Source: an uncultured Planctomycetia bacterium (lineage in GTDB: Bacteria; Omnitrophota; Gorgyraeia; JABMRG01). Taken from it: 64,000 nucleotides of DNA. The notes under the pieces are model-generated. The model was not told the origin of the DNA and ran no database searches. It saw only the letters and a list, made by a program, of their open reading frames with translations. Each line of letters starts with the position of its first letter. Position 1 is the first letter of the stretch. A program made the position numbers and the translations under genes. Of the stretch, positions 55,792 to 64,000 are shown in pieces. Location: assembly GCA_964634945.1 (NCBI GenBank), contig CAZWMG010000002.1, positions 38,661 through 102,660 on the forward strand, written 5' to 3'.

Positions 55792-56445
55792 ACCGTATCA
55801 AATAGGACTAACCGTATCATCAGTGTTAGTCCTATTTTTTTTGTATTTATTCAAATATAGATTGACTTCAACCGTATCATATGCTAAAGTTGAATCAAGT
55901 TCAATGATATGGTTGTTTAATTACGAAGCAGTGTCAACAGATAAGGGAAAATGAAAATGATACGGTGGGCGTTTTTATTTATTTTTTTCTTTGTAGCTGT
56001 GCCTTTTACTGGTAGCTATGATACGGTTCTAGCAGAACCGACTGAGACCGTATCATCCTATATACTAGCTGATCTGCAGCACGAGCAGTACTCAGATTTT
56101 TCCCGCATCATATTTGCTTCTAATCAGAAAATAGCTTTTATATCTTATGAACTCGAAAACCCCTATAGGATTGTTATTGACCTTATAGGGGTCTCTTTTT
56201 GCGAGTTGCAGGAATATATTGAATATGAAGAAGGCCTGGTAGAATCTGTTGAGATAATAGAGACACCCTATGTAAAGCATCCGCAGGGACTCGATGAATA
56301 CTTTTATGCGGTAGATTATGTTATTATAACCCCACGCTCTAAGTCCCCCTTTACCGTATCATCATCTGAGGATGAGAAGGTACTCGCAGTTGATATAGGC
56401 AAAAAAACAAAGCCCGCGTTAAGGGTCTCTGAGGTAACCGTATCA
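55792..56445. repeat. Cluster of eight exact ACCGTATCA 9-mers
   Basis: + strand at 55792, 55811, 55871, 56047, 56353, 56437; - strand at 55958, 56019; 1-mismatch inverted copy at 55905. Confidence 0.88.
55801..55842 (+). terminator. Intrinsic terminator after ROK gene
   Basis: AATAGGACTAAC/GTTAGTCCTATT stem followed by a T run. Confidence 0.8.
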
Positions 56446-58536
56446 GATCTTGAAAAGCCGGAAATTGTCGCAAAACCAGAGAGTAAAGAGAGCCCTCTCC
56501 TTGTTGAGAGGCAGCCGATACCTCAAGAACTTATTACTGAAAAACAACCTGTTGTTAATCAACCTTCTGTTGCTCAAGAGCCGGCACCATTGGCCATAAA
56601 AGAGAAGCTTATAGACTATATCAATGTTGAGATCGTAAATGATGCTTCTTTTGTCATTATTATGTCTAATAGGGATGTTATCTATAAGGTAAAGAGAAAC
56701 CAATATCCTGAGTTTAATATAGTGCTAACGCCTCAGAGTAGAGTCTTTACAGATTTGGAAGAATATGTAGAATTTGATGCAGGATATATGAGATCAATAC
56801 AGATTACTAAGGATTCTGCCATAAGTAAGCCAGAGGCCCTTGACAGCTATTATTATCCTGTAAAAAGTATAATAATAGAGCCAACTGTTGATCTTCCTTT
56901 TGATTTTTATGCTAACGATAACGGAACAATATCTATATTGGAGATATATTATCCTGACATAGAGAAGGAAAAAAAGGATGTCCTGGCTGAGCTGAAGATG
57001 CAAGAGGAATTGATCGCGCAGGACGCGAGAAGAGGGTTACTCATACAGCTTAAAGAAGAGATTAAAAAAGAAGGACTATTGAGACAAGAAAAGGTCACGG
57101 AGTTCAGGCAAGAAGAGATTGAAAAGAGAAAGAAAGAGGCGAGCCAGCAGATTGAGACCATCGGTAGAGAGGTCATAAAGGACCTTCTTGTAAGAGGCAA
57201 AGGCATGTTAAGCCTAAAAGAGTCACAGGCCATTGCTATTGAGAACGACCTACAGGCCAAGACATCTAAAAAGGAGCTAAAGCTCGCGAAACTTAAACAG
57301 AGAGATGCCTTTAGGGCGCTATTTCCTAATGTAAAGCTTAAGGCATCACATACTGCCGGAGATGTTGTTGATGATGTTGCTTTTACAGAAGAGTTATATG
57401 GTGTAGAAGGAGAGCAGGCTATTTATCAGGGCGGCAGGCTTGTGAATGCCTATAATCAGAGCAAGGTTAATGTCTCCCTCTCAGAAGCCAGATATAAGAA
57501 GATAGCCAATGACCTAGATTTTAAGGTTGCCCAGGCTTATTATAATATCGTGACAGCGGTAATGAATATAAGGTTGCAGAAAGAGCTTCTAAGAGAAGCA
57601 GAGGTTATTATCCAGATAGCTGAAAAAAGGCACAAATCAGGCCTAAGCACTAATCTTGAGATATACAATGTTCGATCGCGTTATAATCAGATACAATTTC
57701 AACTCGCTACTACAGAGAGGGATCTGGCATTGGCGCGCTTTAAGCTCAAGCAGGCACTGGGCCTTGATATTAGTGAACAGGTTATAGACCTTTCCGAGGT
57801 TGATACAGAGCTCCCATTTAATATTATAGAGATTAACCTGAATGAGTGCCTCAAGGCAGCGTCAAATAACCAGCCTGACATAATGGTTAATAAGCTTCTT
57901 GTAGAGTCTAATGAGTATGGAGAAAAGATCGCGCAAGGCAAAGAGAGTTTTAGAATAGATTTGACAGGTTTTTACGGCAGAGGAGATTCCTATTACGATA
58001 CAGAACCAAAGAATTTGGATGATAACTGGAATGTAGGCGTAAAGGTTAGCAAGCCTTTCTGGTTTGCTACACCGTCATACTCATTTACAAAGGATAAGAC
58101 CAGTCTGAAGGTTGGAGATACAGATAGGGTAGGCTCAACTGTGAACTCAGGCGAGATAGCAATACTTGATAAAAACTCACTCTCTATAGGCTCAGAGATA
58201 GAGGAAGCAAAGGTTAATAAGCAGAAGGCAGAAAATGAATTGATCGAAACCAGGCGCCAGTTAGCGCTGGAGATAAAAGAGGCATATTATAATTATCAGG
58301 AGTCTATCTTACAGGTTAAAAACGCGTTGGAAAAGGTCCGTTTTCATACTGAGGCTGTAAAGGTTGCCAGGGCGCAGGCCGGTTTAAATGAAGCTCTCCA
58401 GTCACAACTTTTGGAATCTGTAATACAGCTTGCCGATGAAAAATCAGTTTATATAAAAGCGCTATCAGATTATAGTCTGGCGATAGTAAAGATAAATAAA
58501 GTAATAGGTATAAAAGATTATTTTAATGTTAATTAA
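55951..58536 (+). CDS. TolC-family outer-membrane protein with two N-terminal AMIN-like repeats
   Basis: LENPYRIVIDL AMIN signature repeated divergently; C-terminal OEP pattern (ALFPNVKL, IYQGG, VAQAYYN, IKEAYYN). Confidence 0.85.
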   Translation: MKMIRWAFLFIFFFVAVPFTGSYDTVLAEPTETVSSYILADLQHEQYSDFSRIIFASNQKIAFISYELENPYRIVIDLIGVSFCELQEYIEYEEGLVESVEIIETPYVKHPQGLDEYFYAVDYVIITPRSKSPFTVSSSEDEKVLAVDIGKKTKPALRVSEVTVSDLEKPEIVAKPESKESPLLVERQPIPQELITEKQPVVNQPSVAQEPAPLAIKEKLIDYINVEIVNDASFVIIMSNRDVIYKVKRNQYPEFNIVLTPQSRVFTDLEEYVEFDAGYMRSIQITKDSAISKPEALDSYYYPVKSIIIEPTVDLPFDFYANDNGTISILEIYYPDIEKEKKDVLAELKMQEELIAQDARRGLLIQLKEEIKKEGLLRQEKVTEFRQEEIEKRKKEASQQIETIGREVIKDLLVRGKGMLSLKESQAIAIENDLQAKTSKKELKLAKLKQRDAFRALFPNVKLKASHTAGDVVDDVAFTEELYGVEGEQAIYQGGRLVNAYNQSKVNVSLSEARYKKIANDLDFKVAQAYYNIVTAVMNIRLQKELLREAEVIIQIAEKRHKSGLSTNLEIYNVRSRYNQIQFQLATTERDLALARFKLKQALGLDISEQVIDLSEVDTELPFNIIEINLNECLKAASNNQPDIMVNKLLVESNEYGEKIAQGKESFRIDLTGFYGRGDSYYDTEPKNLDDNWNVGVKVSKPFWFATPSYSFTKDKTSLKVGDTDRVGSTVNSGEIAILDKNSLSIGSEIEEAKVNKQKAENELIETRRQLALEIKEAYYNYQESILQVKNALEKVRFHTEAVKVARAQAGLNEALQSQLLESVIQLADEKSVYIKALSDYSLAIVKINKVIGIKDYFNVN

Positions 58537-58562
58537 ATGATTCAAGGAGAAGGAGTAAAATA

Positions 58563-59984
58563 ATGAGTATCTTTAAATTCAGGTTTGGAAAGAACAAGCC
58601 CGAGGACTCCCCTGGTGCGGGCAAGGACCCTGTATCTGAAAATAGTAAAGATGAAAAACCAAAGGAACCTGCAAAGGGCATGTTTAAGAAACCTGAGAAA
58701 AAGAACAACATGGCTGATCAGATGAAAAATATTATAAAGAAAAAACCAACGGCCTTTACCACTGCCAAAGAAAGATCATTACTGCGGCCTGTTATGCTTA
58801 TGCTGACAGTTCTTATATGTCTTGCCGCTCTTGGCCTTATGTTAGGCCCGAAATACGCCCCTGAACTTATGGACAGAATAGGCGCTACAAAGATTATTGA
58901 AAAGATACCTTTTTTAAGGCAAGAACCTGAGGAAGAGCTTCTGATGCCTGAGGAAGAGGTTGTAGAGGAACTTGTAACGGTTAGAACATATCGTGCTATA
59001 AGAGGGGATTTTGTAGATATTTTACCCGGCATGGGTACTATAAAAGGCGATAGAGAAGTGAATCTAAGATTCTCTGTTAATGGGATAATTGATTCTATCA
59101 ATTTCTTTGAAGGCGATCTATTAAGAAGAGGCGATATTGTAGCGACACTTGATCAGAAGGACGCGTTATTGAAGCTCGAATATTCAAAGAGCAAACATAA
59201 GACACAGCAGATATCCGAAGAGGCGTCAAAAAAGAGGCTCGAGATGAATCAGGCACTTTTCGCGGACGGCATAATAATAAAACCAAAATTGGATGAGGTG
59301 CAGTTTGAGTACGAAAGCGTTAAGTCCCAGACCAAGTCCGCGCAAAAGGAGGTAGAATTTGCCTTAGCGGAGCTGGATAAGACCTATCTCTACTCACCCA
59401 TAGACAGTGTAATGGGTACTCGAGATGTGGAGGTCGGCGAGTTTGTAACATCTAATGTTAAGGTAGCTTCTCTTTACGATACATCTACAGTAATAGCGGA
59501 GATGGGCGTTATAGAGAAAGATATAAACAGGATCGCGCTTGGACAGAAGGCCAAGGTAACTGTTGATACGTATCCTGGTGTGGAATTTGAAGGAGAGATC
59601 GAAAATATAGCGCCTATAATAGAGGGAAAATCAAGGACCTTAACTGTTCAGATAAGGCTGAAGAATAATAATACAAGAGGAACGCTTCTACCCGGGATGT
59701 TCGCCCGGATATGGATATCAGTCTATGAAAAGAAGAATACTATCAAATTACCCACGTCATGTTTTTATGATATTGATAATAATGGTGAGTTCGATTCTAT
59801 ATATGTAGTTGGGGATGAGAATATCGCCAAGGAGACGCAGGTTAAGATAGGATATGTTTCCACGGATTACATGGAAGTAACAGATGGTATGCGGGAGGGC
59901 GAGCAGGCAGTTTCAGAATCTATGGCAGAACTTAGAGACGGTGTTAAAGTCGATGTAATAGAGGTTCAGGAGGCCGCGTTTTAA
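58563..59984 (+). CDS. RND periplasmic adaptor (MFP) with long cytoplasmic N-tail
   Basis: TM anchor; FFEGD..RGD, LYSPIDSV, GEFV, GQKAKVTVDTYPG, SRTL, LLPGMFAR. Confidence 0.92.
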   Translation: MSIFKFRFGKNKPEDSPGAGKDPVSENSKDEKPKEPAKGMFKKPEKKNNMADQMKNIIKKKPTAFTTAKERSLLRPVMLMLTVLICLAALGLMLGPKYAPELMDRIGATKIIEKIPFLRQEPEEELLMPEEEVVEELVTVRTYRAIRGDFVDILPGMGTIKGDREVNLRFSVNGIIDSINFFEGDLLRRGDIVATLDQKDALLKLEYSKSKHKTQQISEEASKKRLEMNQALFADGIIIKPKLDEVQFEYESVKSQTKSAQKEVEFALAELDKTYLYSPIDSVMGTRDVEVGEFVTSNVKVASLYDTSTVIAEMGVIEKDINRIALGQKAKVTVDTYPGVEFEGEIENIAPIIEGKSRTLTVQIRLKNNNTRGTLLPGMFARIWISVYEKKNTIKLPTSCFYDIDNNGEFDSIYVVGDENIAKETQVKIGYVSTDYMEVTDGMREGEQAVSESMAELRDGVKVDVIEVQEAAF

Positions 59985-60100
59985 TTCGTAGATCGGTTAT
60001 AGGTGTTTGGTTATCGATATATGAAAAAAGGAATAAGGAGCTTTAGCGTATCCGTTGCGCGTTATAGCGTAATCGCGTTTTGAAAATTACTAAATACCTA

Positions 60101-60136
60101 AACGCCATAACGCCATAACGCTATAACGCTATAACG
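60101..60136 (+). repeat. Tandem 8-mer AACGC(C/T)AT x4.5
   Basis: Read directly; complementary GCGTTATAGCGT at ~60059-60070. Confidence 0.8.
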
Positions 60137-60141
60137 AAATT

Positions 60142-63100
60142 ATGGGATTACCAAGTTTTTCTATAAGAAGGCCGGTTACGGTTGTAATGTTTTTCCTAGG
60201 TATTGTGCTTTTTGGCCTGATATCATGGACAAGACTTCAGCAGGAACTATACCCACCCATTACATACCCCCAGCTTAGCGTAGTTACATATTATAAAGAT
60301 GCCGCCCCTGAAGAGATGGAGATACTGATTACCAAGCCTGTTGAAGAGGCGGTTGGTACCGTCAGCGGCGTCAGGCGCATAAGTTCCATATCAAAAGAGG
60401 AGACATCCCTCGTTATCGCTGAGTTTAGTTGGGGTACGAATATGGATTTTGCGGCATTGGGCGTACGTGAGAAGATAGATCTTATAAAAGAGAGCCTGCC
60501 CCGTGGATCAGAAGACCCTATTGTAATTAAATTCAATCCTTTTGAACTTCCCCTTATGGTCTTAAATATTACCGCTGATAAGATAAGTGCCGCGGAATTA
60601 CGAAGAACCGTTAATAAGATAATAAAGAATGAGATAGAAAAGGCAAATGGCGTAGCTGCCGCTAATATAACAGGTGGTCGCATACCTGAGGTACTTATTG
60701 AGATAGACCAGGATAAGCTTATGTCCAAACAACTGGTGCTTAATAAGGTAGTGGAATTGATAAGTAAGTCCAATCTTAATTATCCCGCCGGTACCATAGA
60801 GGAGAGTTTTTACGAATATCTTATAAGGACCATAGGTGAGTTCAAGGTTACAGGAGAGATAGATGATATTGTCGTAGGCCTTGATGACAGAAATAAAAAG
60901 AGTGAATATACTGAATTTGGGCTTGAAGACCAGATGGAGAAAGAGGCAAGGGCAACGCCTGATACCAGGCTTATCTTTCTTAAAGAGGTAGCAAGCGTAA
61001 AAGAGGCGTTTAAGGACAAGACATCGGTATCCCGTTTTAATAATCAGGACAATATATCAGTAGCTGTCCAAAAACAGGCCGATGCCAATACCCTTGAAGT
61101 CGCAAACCACGTAAAAGATATACTCAAGCGCCTAAAAAAGGTCTTGCCTAAGGACATCAATATAAATATAGTCGCTGATCAGTCAACAGCGATAAAGGCC
61201 AATATACAAGGCGTTCGTGACGCTGCGCTCCAAGGGGGGCTTCTCGCTTTTCTAGTACTTTTATTTTTTCTGGGCAATGTAAGAAGCGCGGCGATAGTGG
61301 CGCTTAATATACCGATATCTATGATGGTTGTATTTGCCCTTATGTACTTAAGCGGCATAACAATAAACATGATATCTTTAGGCGGCCTGGCACTTGGCGT
61401 AGGCATGCTGGTGGATAATGGTATAGTTGTAATAGAAAATATATATAGGCACCGCCAGGAAGAGAAGATGGGCCTTAAAAAGGCTAGCATATGCGGCGCG
61501 ACAGAGGTAAGTGGCGCTATTACGGGTTCAACCCTTACAACTATAGCTGTCTTTCTTCCTATGATATTTGTAGTAGGTATAGCGGGCCAGATATGTAAAG
61601 ACTTGGCTTTTACAGTAACATTCTCTCTATTGGGTTCATTGATAGCGGCATTGACATTGATACCTATATTGAGCTCTAAGGTGCGCAACATACCGACAGT
61701 AGTTGTTGAGGATGAAAAGGGCCTGGCAGGTATGTTGTTAGGCCCCCTGCAGGCCTTTACGCAGAACACACTTACCTTTTTCATCAATCATAAATCCGCC
61801 TGTCTGGGCATAGTGCTTCTTGTCTTTCTAGGCACCTGTTTATTATTTCCTGTACTTGATACAGAGCTTCTGCCAAGGGTCGATCAGGGTGAGTTTACAA
61901 TAAAATTGGAATTACCACCGGGAACAAAACTTGATTTTACAGATAGTATAGCAAAAAGGATAGAATCGTATCTTTTTGAGCTTAAGGATATAAAAAGCGT
62001 AACAGTAAATATAGGTTCAACAAAAGAAAAGAAGGGGACAGCGCTTCTTGAGACCATGGGCCCTAATCAAGCTCAAATAATAGTTAACTTAAAGCCCAAG
62101 GCGAGATTAGGGAGATTGGGCGAAGGTTATCGCATAGCCTCTGCTTCAGATGTCTTGCAAAAGATAAAGAAACAGCTAGGCCCTGAAGATCTCGGGGGCG
62201 CTAGTGTAGAATATATACTTCAGGAATCTGTATTCAAGTCCGCTTTTCAAGCAGATGCCGCGGTTGTTATAGATGTAAAGGGACAGGAGATTAGGAAATT
62301 GCGCAGCATCACAAAGGATGTAGAAGCGCGTCTGAGTAAGATACCCGGAATATATAGCATAAGAGATACTATGGTAGCGCCTTCTCCGGAAGTAAAGGTA
62401 AATGTATTTAAGGATAAGGCAGCGACATTTAATCTTGCGGTAAGTGACATAGCCCTTATTGCCCAAACCGCTGTAAAAGGCTTTGTAACAACAAAATTCA
62501 AAAGAGAAGGTGAGGAGATAGATGTAAGGGTGCGCCTGCAGAAGTCCGATCGTGATAATAAGGCGAGGGTCAGAAGGTTGCAGATACACTCGCCTCTAGG
62601 TATAGATGTGCCACTCGCGGAACTTGCCTATTTTAGTACCGGAACAGGACCGAGTGAGATAAAACGGCAGGATCAGGAGAGGGTTGTTGTGGTCACGGCC
62701 TCTATTTTAGATAGGTCATTTAAGGATGTGTCAATTGAGATCATTTCCATGCTTAAGACGTTGAAACTCGAGCGTGGTTATTCAGCGGAACTTACAGGAG
62801 AGAGGGAGCAGATACAGGAGTCTTTCACAAGTCTGCAAATGGCGCTTATCTTGTCAATACTGCTCGTCTTTATGATAATGGCGTCCCAGTTTGAATCTTT
62901 GTGGCAGCCGTTTGTCATACTCTTTACTATCCCGCTTTCGATTATCGGTGTTGTATTGATCCTTTTATTGACGAATACGCCACTTAGTGTAATGGTAATC
63001 TTAGGGGTGATAGTGTTAGGAGGTATAGTTGTAAATAATGGTATCGTTCTTATTGATTATACTAATATATTAAGAAAGCAGGGCCTAAGCGCGTCTGATG

Positions 63101-64000
63101 CGGTCCTTACAGCGAGCCGTAGGCGCTTAAGGCCTATAGTCATGACAGCTCTTACCACTATATTAGGCCTAGTGCCTTTGGCATTGGCATTGAATGAAGG
63201 CGCGCAGTTGCAACAGCCTATGGCAATAGCTGTTATCGGTGGGTTAGCGGTCTCTACCTTTCTCTCACTTATTATAATACCGACTATATACCTAGGGCTT
63301 GAAGATATAATTCAGTTTCTTAAGAATAAAATGCATTCTGATAAACCGGAAAAACAGGACAATGAACAGAGGGTTGAGTCTTTGACGCGAGAGCGCAAAG
63401 ATATATTAAGCAACAAGCCTGAGCCGGAAAAATCCGCAGCAGCCCTGGGAAAAACAGAGGAACCTGTTGCTGACAATGAAAAAGAGATGAAAATAGAATA
63501 CGAAGATGATTTAGGAAAACCTAAAAAAACACAAGAGACAAGAGACAAGGCACGGGTCAAAGAAGAGCATACGCAGAAGGATATTCCACCAAGCCTTAAA
63601 AAGCCAGAGAGATCCACAAATGAGGGAAGATATATAGATCTGCCTAAATCGGATGAGGCAGAAGAGGCAGGGCGTAAGAGAGAAGAGACTATTGAGTTAC
63701 CTCAACTTCCCGAAGAGACAAAGCCCGATACTGGTCCAGATAATGATTCTGTTAAATCGGATAAGCCAAAGGATGATAAAGGCAAGCCAGCAGATAGCAA
63801 AAAAGAAGTAAAACCTTTAAAGGACCCATTGATAATATCACCTGATGACACACACAGAGGCCATATATCACTTACTATATGGAATAAATTATCAGATAGG
63901 CATAAGGGCCTTATAAGTTATCTAAGAGAAAACAATAGGATTACAAGAAAAGAGTATTCTGAAAAGTTTAGTGTTTCTGTTCCCACAGCATCGCGTGACC
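60142..64000 (+). CDS. AcrB/AcrD/AcrF-family RND permease with long charged C-tail and DeoR-like winged HTH; 3'-truncated by window, absent from ORF track
   Basis: MGLPSFSIRRPVT, GMLVDNGIVVIENI, MASQFESL, GIVVNNGIVLIDY, RLRPIVMT; ends LSDRHKGLISYLRENNRITRKEYSEKFSVSVPTASRD. Confidence 0.92.
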   Translation, partial: MGLPSFSIRRPVTVVMFFLGIVLFGLISWTRLQQELYPPITYPQLSVVTYYKDAAPEEMEILITKPVEEAVGTVSGVRRISSISKEETSLVIAEFSWGTNMDFAALGVREKIDLIKESLPRGSEDPIVIKFNPFELPLMVLNITADKISAAELRRTVNKIIKNEIEKANGVAAANITGGRIPEVLIEIDQDKLMSKQLVLNKVVELISKSNLNYPAGTIEESFYEYLIRTIGEFKVTGEIDDIVVGLDDRNKKSEYTEFGLEDQMEKEARATPDTRLIFLKEVASVKEAFKDKTSVSRFNNQDNISVAVQKQADANTLEVANHVKDILKRLKKVLPKDININIVADQSTAIKANIQGVRDAALQGGLLAFLVLLFFLGNVRSAAIVALNIPISMMVVFALMYLSGITINMISLGGLALGVGMLVDNGIVVIENIYRHRQEEKMGLKKASICGATEVSGAITGSTLTTIAVFLPMIFVVGIAGQICKDLAFTVTFSLLGSLIAALTLIPILSSKVRNIPTVVVEDEKGLAGMLLGPLQAFTQNTLTFFINHKSACLGIVLLVFLGTCLLFPVLDTELLPRVDQGEFTIKLELPPGTKLDFTDSIAKRIESYLFELKDIKSVTVNIGSTKEKKGTALLETMGPNQAQIIVNLKPKARLGRLGEGYRIASASDVLQKIKKQLGPEDLGGASVEYILQESVFKSAFQADAAVVIDVKGQEIRKLRSITKDVEARLSKIPGIYSIRDTMVAPSPEVKVNVFKDKAATFNLAVSDIALIAQTAVKGFVTTKFKREGEEIDVRVRLQKSDRDNKARVRRLQIHSPLGIDVPLAELAYFSTGTGPSEIKRQDQERVVVVTASILDRSFKDVSIEIISMLKTLKLERGYSAELTGEREQIQESFTSLQMALILSILLVFMIMASQFESLWQPFVILFTIPLSIIGVVLILLLTNTPLSVMVILGVIVLGGIVVNNGIVLIDYTNILRKQGLSASDAVLTASRRRLRPIVMTALTTILGLVPLALALNEGAQLQQPMAIAVIGGLAVSTFLSLIIIPTIYLGLEDIIQFLKNKMHSDKPEKQDNEQRVESLTRERKDILSNKPEPEKSAAALGKTEEPVADNEKEMKIEYEDDLGKPKKTQETRDKARVKEEHTQKDIPPSLKKPERSTNEGRYIDLPKSDEAEEAGRKREETIELPQLPEETKPDTGPDNDSVKSDKPKDDKGKPADSKKEVKPLKDPLIISPDDTHRGHISLTIWNKLSDRHKGLISYLRENNRITRKEYSEKFSVSVPTASRD

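Noticed and set aside
55792-56445. ACCGTATCA cluster as CRISPR array or canonical DnaA boxes
   Set aside because: Repeats are only 9 bp, irregularly spaced and in both orientations, with no cas genes. The sequence does not match TTATCCACA and no dnaA is nearby.

Overview
AT-rich bacterial chromosome segment with almost every gene on the + strand. The gene style (giant signal-peptide-bearing enzymes, DUF3108, AMIN-TolC) is suggestive of Ca. Omnitrophota/PVC, but that is inference only. In order: (1) a NifX/ferredoxin/MinD-ATPase/DUF89 operon; (2) a signal-peptide-bearing RelA/SpoT homologue; (3) DUF3108-pabBC-DUF3108; (4) tRNA-Ser(GGA) with an ~11.6 kb integrase-bearing, satellite-like island (17-bp att repeats, AbiV, SpoVG, iteron-containing rep, TA pair, lipase); (5) an AAA ATPase and a GIY-YIG mini-element; (6) a FixLJ-like two-component system with exported-protein genes; (7) rubrerythrin and CsoR with an unannotated Cys-rich exported peptide; (8) DEAD helicase, radical SAM and proline iminopeptidase genes; (9) a 2610-aa exported PEP-synthase-like polyprotein bracketed by two near-identical perfect hairpins; (10) tRNA-Glu(CTC) with a mini-insert; (11) an exported methyltransferase; (12) ROK followed by AMIN-TolC/MFP/RND. 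Two candidate novel systems stand out. (a) Three cytoplasmic-type enzymes share signal peptide + (A/T)LR(P/S), [KR]-S-S-S-G-like domain-boundary linkers and a C-terminal Ala, suggesting a dedicated effector export/processing code. (b) An RND permease is fused to a C-terminal winged-HTH, and its operon start carries eight exact copies of ACCGTATCA.
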